DNA from: an uncultured Clostridia bacterium
GTDB taxonomy: Bacteria > Bacillota > Clostridia > TANB77 > CAG-508
Length of the DNA: 64,000 nucleotides
Direction: 5' to 3'
Assembly (NCBI GenBank): GCA_944386685.1
Contig: CALXCA010000008.1
Coordinates: forward strand, 198 to 64,197
The position numbers and the translations under genes are program-made. Of this stretch, positions 59,848 to 64,000 are shown in pieces (positions within the stretch are counted from its first letter, which is position 1; every line of letters starts with the position of its first letter). The notes beneath the pieces are model-generated. The model was not told where the DNA came from and searched no databases. It saw nothing but the letters and a program-made list of their open reading frames with translations.

Positions 59848-61659
59848 TTAAAAAATTCCAACAATTTCTCCATTTTCATCAATATCTATATTTTCTGCTG
59901 AAGGAACTTTTGGTAATCCTGGCATTGTTAATATATTTCCAGCATAAGCTACAATAAATCCCGCTCCAGCTCTTAAATCTATATCTCTTATTGTAAATTC
60001 AAAATTATCTATTGCTGTTATATTTTTTGGGTCATCCGAAAATGAATATTGTGTTTTTGCTATACAAATTGGTAATTTTGTATAATCTATATTTTTTATA
60101 TTATTTATTTTATTTTCTTTTATACTATCAAAATCATTTGCACTGTAAATTTTCTCTGCTTTGCTTATTTCTATTATTTTATCAATTTTCTTTAAAGCAT
60201 CTGGCATAAAATTAACCTTTTTTGCTCCATAAATTTCTTTTGCTATTTTTTCTATTTTATTTTCTATAGAGTCTTCTAAACTATATATATACTTAAAATT
60301 ATTTATTTTATTATCTGAATTGGTTTTTCTATCTGCAACTATTTTATCATTATCACTTAATTCAAATTTAGAATTAGTTCCATTATCAGAACACATTTGA
60401 ACAATTTGGTTAGAAATATCTATTGCTCCATCTCCACCTTTTGCCCAACTTTCAACAATGCTTGATTCTATATCTTTCTTTGATAATTCTTTTTGTACAT
60501 ATTCTAATTCTTCTTTTGTATCTGTATTATATTTATTTATTGCAACAATAACATTTAATCCAAATTTATTTTGAAGATTATCTACATGTTTATATAAATT
60601 TTCCATTCCTTTTTGTAAACATTCAAAATTTTCATTCAAAATTTCTTCTTTTGGAGCTCCTCCATGATATTTTAATGCTTTTATTGTTGCAACACAAACT
60701 ACTACATTAGGTTTTATATTTGCTTTTCTACATTTTATATCTAAAAACTTCTCTGCTCCTAAATCTGCTCCAAAACCTGCTTCTGTAACTGTATAATCTG
60801 CAAGTTTCATTCCTAATTTTGTTGCTATAATTGAATTACATCCATGTGCAATATTTGCAAATGGTCCACCATGAACTAATGCTGGCGTATATTCTAGTGT
60901 TTGAACTAAATTAGGCTTTATTGCATCTTTTAGTAATACTGCCATTGCTCCTTCTGCTTTTAAATCTTTTGCAAATACTGGCTCATTATTATTATTATAT
61001 CCTATTATTATATTTCCTAATTTTTCTTTTAAATCTTTTATATTTTCTGACAAACATAAAATTGCCATAATTTCTGAAGCAACAGATATATCAAAACCAT
61101 CCATTCTAGGTACTATTTTGCTTTCTCCAGATAATCCTGTTTCTATTTTTCTTAATTGTCTATCATTTAAATCTACACATCTTTTCCATACTACTTCTTT
61201 AATTTTTAATTCATTTCCAAAATATATATGATTATCTATCATTGCAGATAATAAATTATTTGCTGATGTTATTGCATGAATATCACCAGTAAAGTGTAAA
61301 TTTATGTCTTCCATTGGAACTATTTGTGCATATCCTCCACCAGTTGCCCCTCCTTTTATTCCAAATACAGGTCCAAGTGATGGTTCTCTTAATGCTAATA
61401 TTGATTTTTTTCCAATTCTTCTTAATCCATCAGCAATAGATATTGAAATTGTAGTTTTCCCTTCTCCTAAAGGTGTAGGACTCATTGCTGTAACTAATAT
61501 CAATTTTCCATCTGATTTATTATAATATTTTTCTGGATTAGATATTTTGGCTTTATATTTTCCATATAATTCAATATCTTCATCTTCTATATCTAATTGT
61601 TTTGCAATTTCATTTATATTTTTTAATTTAAACTTTTTTGCTATTTCTATATCTGTCAT
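59848..61659 (-). CDS. fhs: formate-tetrahydrofolate ligase
   Basis: 603 aa. PTPLGEGKTT P-loop and conserved FTHFS blocks, with an inserted N/K-rich segment near aa 430-470. Confidence 0.93.
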   Translation of the reverse strand: MTDIEIAKKFKLKNINEIAKQLDIEDEDIELYGKYKAKISNPEKYYNKSDGKLILVTAMSPTPLGEGKTTISISIADGLRRIGKKSILALREPSLGPVFGIKGGATGGGYAQIVPMEDINLHFTGDIHAITSANNLLSAMIDNHIYFGNELKIKEVVWKRCVDLNDRQLRKIETGLSGESKIVPRMDGFDISVASEIMAILCLSENIKDLKEKLGNIIIGYNNNNEPVFAKDLKAEGAMAVLLKDAIKPNLVQTLEYTPALVHGGPFANIAHGCNSIIATKLGMKLADYTVTEAGFGADLGAEKFLDIKCRKANIKPNVVVCVATIKALKYHGGAPKEEILNENFECLQKGMENLYKHVDNLQNKFGLNVIVAINKYNTDTKEELEYVQKELSKKDIESSIVESWAKGGDGAIDISNQIVQMCSDNGTNSKFELSDNDKIVADRKTNSDNKINNFKYIYSLEDSIENKIEKIAKEIYGAKKVNFMPDALKKIDKIIEISKAEKIYSANDFDSIKENKINNIKNIDYTKLPICIAKTQYSFSDDPKNITAIDNFEFTIRDIDLRAGAGFIVAYAGNILTMPGLPKVPSAENIDIDENGEIVGIF

Positions 61660-61880
61660 ATTTAATCACATTCTTTCTATATTAAATATTTAATTATGCC
61701 AGTAGTTTTACTTTTTTAGACATTTTATATTTTTATAACATTTTAAAGTTCGCGTCATTGTTCGTGCACCAAATTTTACGAAGTAAGATTTGTGTGCCTC
61801 CGTTTGAGCGAAGCTATTGTTTTACTTCTTGTTAATTCAAAATTTAGATTTATTTGAAAAATATCGAGCTTTTATAGTTT

Positions 61881-62321
61881 TTATGCTATCAATCCAATTA
61901 CAATTCCAAGTATTGCACCAACAAAAACTTGTATTGGAGTATGACCTAGTACTTCTACTAATTTTTCTTGAACTTGTACATTTGTAAGTCCAGGTGTATC
62001 TATTATTTTATTTAACAATTTAGCTTGTTTTCCTGCTGCTCTTCTAACTCCTGCAGCATCATACATAACAACTAAAGCAACAATTAATGATAATGCATAT
62101 ATACTAGAGTCAAAACCAGAACTTTTTCCAATCATTGTAGAAATACACATTGTAATTGCAGAATGGGAGCTTGGCATTCCACCAGCTCCTATAATTCTTT
62201 TAAAATTAAATTTTTTATATTTTATTAATTCATATATAACTTTAAATGTTTGTATACAAAACCATAAAAGCAATGGCACATATAAATATTTATTTGTTAT
62301 AAATTTTTGAAAGTCATTCAT
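61881..62321 (-). CDS. divergent PAP2 / DUF212 membrane protein
   Basis: 146 aa. GGMPSSHSA and HTPIQV blocks and 4 TM helices. Confidence 0.72.
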   Translation of the reverse strand: MNDFQKFITNKYLYVPLLLWFCIQTFKVIYELIKYKKFNFKRIIGAGGMPSSHSAITMCISTMIGKSSGFDSSIYALSLIVALVVMYDAAGVRRAAGKQAKLLNKIIDTPGLTNVQVQEKLVEVLGHTPIQVFVGAILGIVIGLIA

Positions 62322-62349
62322 TTTATTATTTCCTCACATGCTATATTTT

Positions 62350-62580
62350 TTAAGTATTGTTTTCTCCCACAAAATCTTTTTCTTCTAATTCTCCATCTTT
62401 TTCTAAAAGTATTGTTATTTTCTTTTCCGCACTTTCTAACATGTTATTACATTTTTTTGCTATTTTCATTCCCTCTTCAAATTTTTTAACTGATTCATCT
62501 AAATTTAAATCGCCTTTTTCTAATTCTGTAACTATCTTTTCTAGGTCTTGCATTGATTGTTCAAAATTTTTTTCTTCCAT
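62350..62580 (-). CDS. xseB: exodeoxyribonuclease VII small subunit
   Basis: MEEKNFEQSMQDLEKIVTELEKGDLNLDESVKKFEEGMK is a typical XseB. Start chosen after the GAAAGGA RBS. Confidence 0.82.
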   Translation of the reverse strand: MEEKNFEQSMQDLEKIVTELEKGDLNLDESVKKFEEGMKIAKKCNNMLESAEKKITILLEKDGELEEKDFVGENNT

Positions 62581-62646
62581 ATTTAATATCATTCCTTTCA
62601 ATTTTGCTAAGTAAATTCGTGTACATCTATTTAAGAAAAACTATTT

Positions 62647-64000
62647 TTATCCTCCAACAGCTTCAAAATCATCTAGATTATTTAATTTTATTTTTATATT
62701 TTTGCTTTTGGTTACATTGCCATTTTCGTCTATAATCTCTACAAATGCAACTTTATCTCCAGTAAAGTTTTCAAATCTTATATCTGTAGGTAATACTGTT
62801 TTCTTTATTGTTTTCATAGCATTTATTCCAATGTCAACATTCCAACCATAAGAGTAATCATATAAATCACTATTTTCATTTCCTATATATAACCTTACAG
62901 CTAGGTTTTTTACACTTGTATTTCCTATATTTGATAATGATATTTCAAAGTCTATACCATCATCATTATAATAGTTATATGTGTTATCTTCTTTAGGTTT
63001 GCTTGTTTCTATAAATTCAACATCTAATACAGATACTACATCTAAAACTCTAAATGATGTTTCTATTGTTTGTTCTATAGATGGTTCTGTTGTTGTGATT
63101 TTTACAGAATATGTTAAAGTTCCTTTTCCTATATCTTCTTCTTTTATGGTATATTCATATCCTTCAACTTCTTTTGTTTCTCCTGGTTCTATTCTTTCTA
63201 TAACATTTTCTTCAAATCCTTTTGGTGATTCTATAGAAATTCCTTTTATTGTAGATGTTCCTGTGTTTGTTATTACTGTTTTTAATTTAACAGTTTCTCC
63301 TAAGTTATATCCCGCTTCATCTTGTGAATAATTTACTACTTTTAATTCTGCAATCATTTTGTCTTTTACTGTTAGTCTATAAACAAACATTGCTCTTGTA
63401 TATTCTATTGTATCTCCTCCATCTGGTTGAGTTGTAGCAGTAACTTTAAAATGTGCATCCCAAATACCATTTCTTGCTAAAAATGTTGTTGTTATTTTTT
63501 CTGTAGAACCAGCAGTAAGTGGGTCTGTTAAATCCCATTCTTGTGTTCCATAGGTTTCTCCATATTGGTTTTCCATTTTTTCTAATGATATATGAACATT
63601 ATATAATGTTATGTCTCCTATGTTATTTAATGTAATTTCATATTCAATTTCATCATTTTCTTCATATGTTGATTTTGGATTTACTATTTCTGCTATTAAT
63701 TCTAATTTCTCGTCAGTTTCTAATTTTGGAGCTATTATTGTGCTTAATTCTATATGTTCTTTTTTATTATTTTGTATATACCCAACTGCTATTGTAACTT
63801 CTTTTGTATCTTCTTTTTCTACTACTGCAATTGTATCAATAGAATATCCTTTTGGCAAAATTTCGCTACTTAAATCTCCAGATTGTCCTAAAATATCTTC
63901 TGCAGTTATTCCAGATATAACACTGTCATAATCCATTGTTTTTATTCCTTCTATTAATTGAATTGCTATATTTAATGCTGTAGATTTTCTTTCATTTCTT
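62647..64000 (-). CDS. multi-repeat beta-sandwich (CARDB/DUF11-like) protein; the frame stays open to the window edge
   Basis: There are four N.G....(I/L/V).N(V/L/I)-type repeats (NIGDITLYNVHISL, NTGTSTIKGISIES, NIGNTSVKNLAVRL). The frame stays open for 21 codons upstream of the first ATG (63936) up to position 64000. Confidence 0.6.
   Translation of the reverse strand, partial: RNERKSTALNIAIQLIEGIKTMDYDSVISGITAEDILGQSGDLSSEILPKGYSIDTIAVVEKEDTKEVTIAVGYIQNNKKEHIELSTIIAPKLETDEKLELIAEIVNPKSTYEENDEIEYEITLNNIGDITLYNVHISLEKMENQYGETYGTQEWDLTDPLTAGSTEKITTTFLARNGIWDAHFKVTATTQPDGGDTIEYTRAMFVYRLTVKDKMIAELKVVNYSQDEAGYNLGETVKLKTVITNTGTSTIKGISIESPKGFEENVIERIEPGETKEVEGYEYTIKEEDIGKGTLTYSVKITTTEPSIEQTIETSFRVLDVVSVLDVEFIETSKPKEDNTYNYYNDDGIDFEISLSNIGNTSVKNLAVRLYIGNENSDLYDYSYGWNVDIGINAMKTIKKTVLPTDIRFENFTGDKVAFVEIIDENGNVTKSKNIKIKLNNLDDFEAVGG

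Overview
This window is very AT-rich DNA, about 25-30% G+C by eye. The gene content points to the chromosome of a low-GC Firmicute, probably Clostridia-like: a T-box leader, sortase-type surface proteins, a dockerin, a Spo0A-like regulator and a YjcZ-type peptide. I support about 45 protein genes, one tRNA-Trp, one complete IS element and a small orphan CRISPR-like array. There are no rRNA genes.

Gene order:
- 1-1682 (minus): queH (partial) and a cytidylate-kinase-like/ParB-like fusion gene.
- 2117-13988 (minus): a fatty-acid/biotin cluster, fabI-accA-accD-accC-[foreign plus-strand ORF]-fabZ-accB-fabF-fabG-fabD-birA-like-acyl-CoA ligase.
- 14220-16173: a GT-C glycosyltransferase overlapping a prepilin-like gene.
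- 16659-17911: an interrupted dacB-like gene.
- 18120-18545: a NUDIX gene flanked by CRISPR-like remnants.
- 19612-29105: an envelope block with ECF sigma/anti-sigma genes, a J-domain membrane protein, a large polytopic membrane protein and two fused ABC-ATPase/FtsX permeases.
- 29345-31124: VanX-like and VanW genes.
- 31499-31699: rpmE.
- 31746-39578: a surface-protein block with a cadherin-like/cohesin-like anchor, a dockerin-bearing peptidoglycan hydrolase and a 1449-aa adhesin.
- 40412-41995: the IS element.
- 42099-49794 (plus): U32 peptidase, a Cys-rich micropeptide, a VWA surface protein, tRNA-Trp, an M23 peptidase and rqcH.
- 50009-64000 (minus): T-box-DUF1653-ileS, a Spo0A-like pseudogene, a second sigma/anti-sigma pair, cysK, folA, fhs, a DUF212 gene, xseB and a CARDB-repeat protein.

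The most unusual content is non-coding:
1. A conserved stem-loop/RBS module sits in front of six genes of the fab cluster.
2. GC-rich 22-bp tandem arrays with a GTGCCGGTTCTC box occur at three loci, one of them just upstream of the Cmk-ParB fusion gene.
3. A 26-nt GTCAA...TTGACAA element family has one copy that exactly accounts for the frame break in dacB.
4. Several dispersed intergenic repeat families are present.
5. An 11-nt periodic repeat array and an internal promoter lie between the ileS T-box terminator and DUF1653-ileS.
6. Several small G+C-richer, self-contained gene cassettes look horizontally acquired.

All functional calls come from motifs I recognised by eye in the supplied translations. 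No database search was run.
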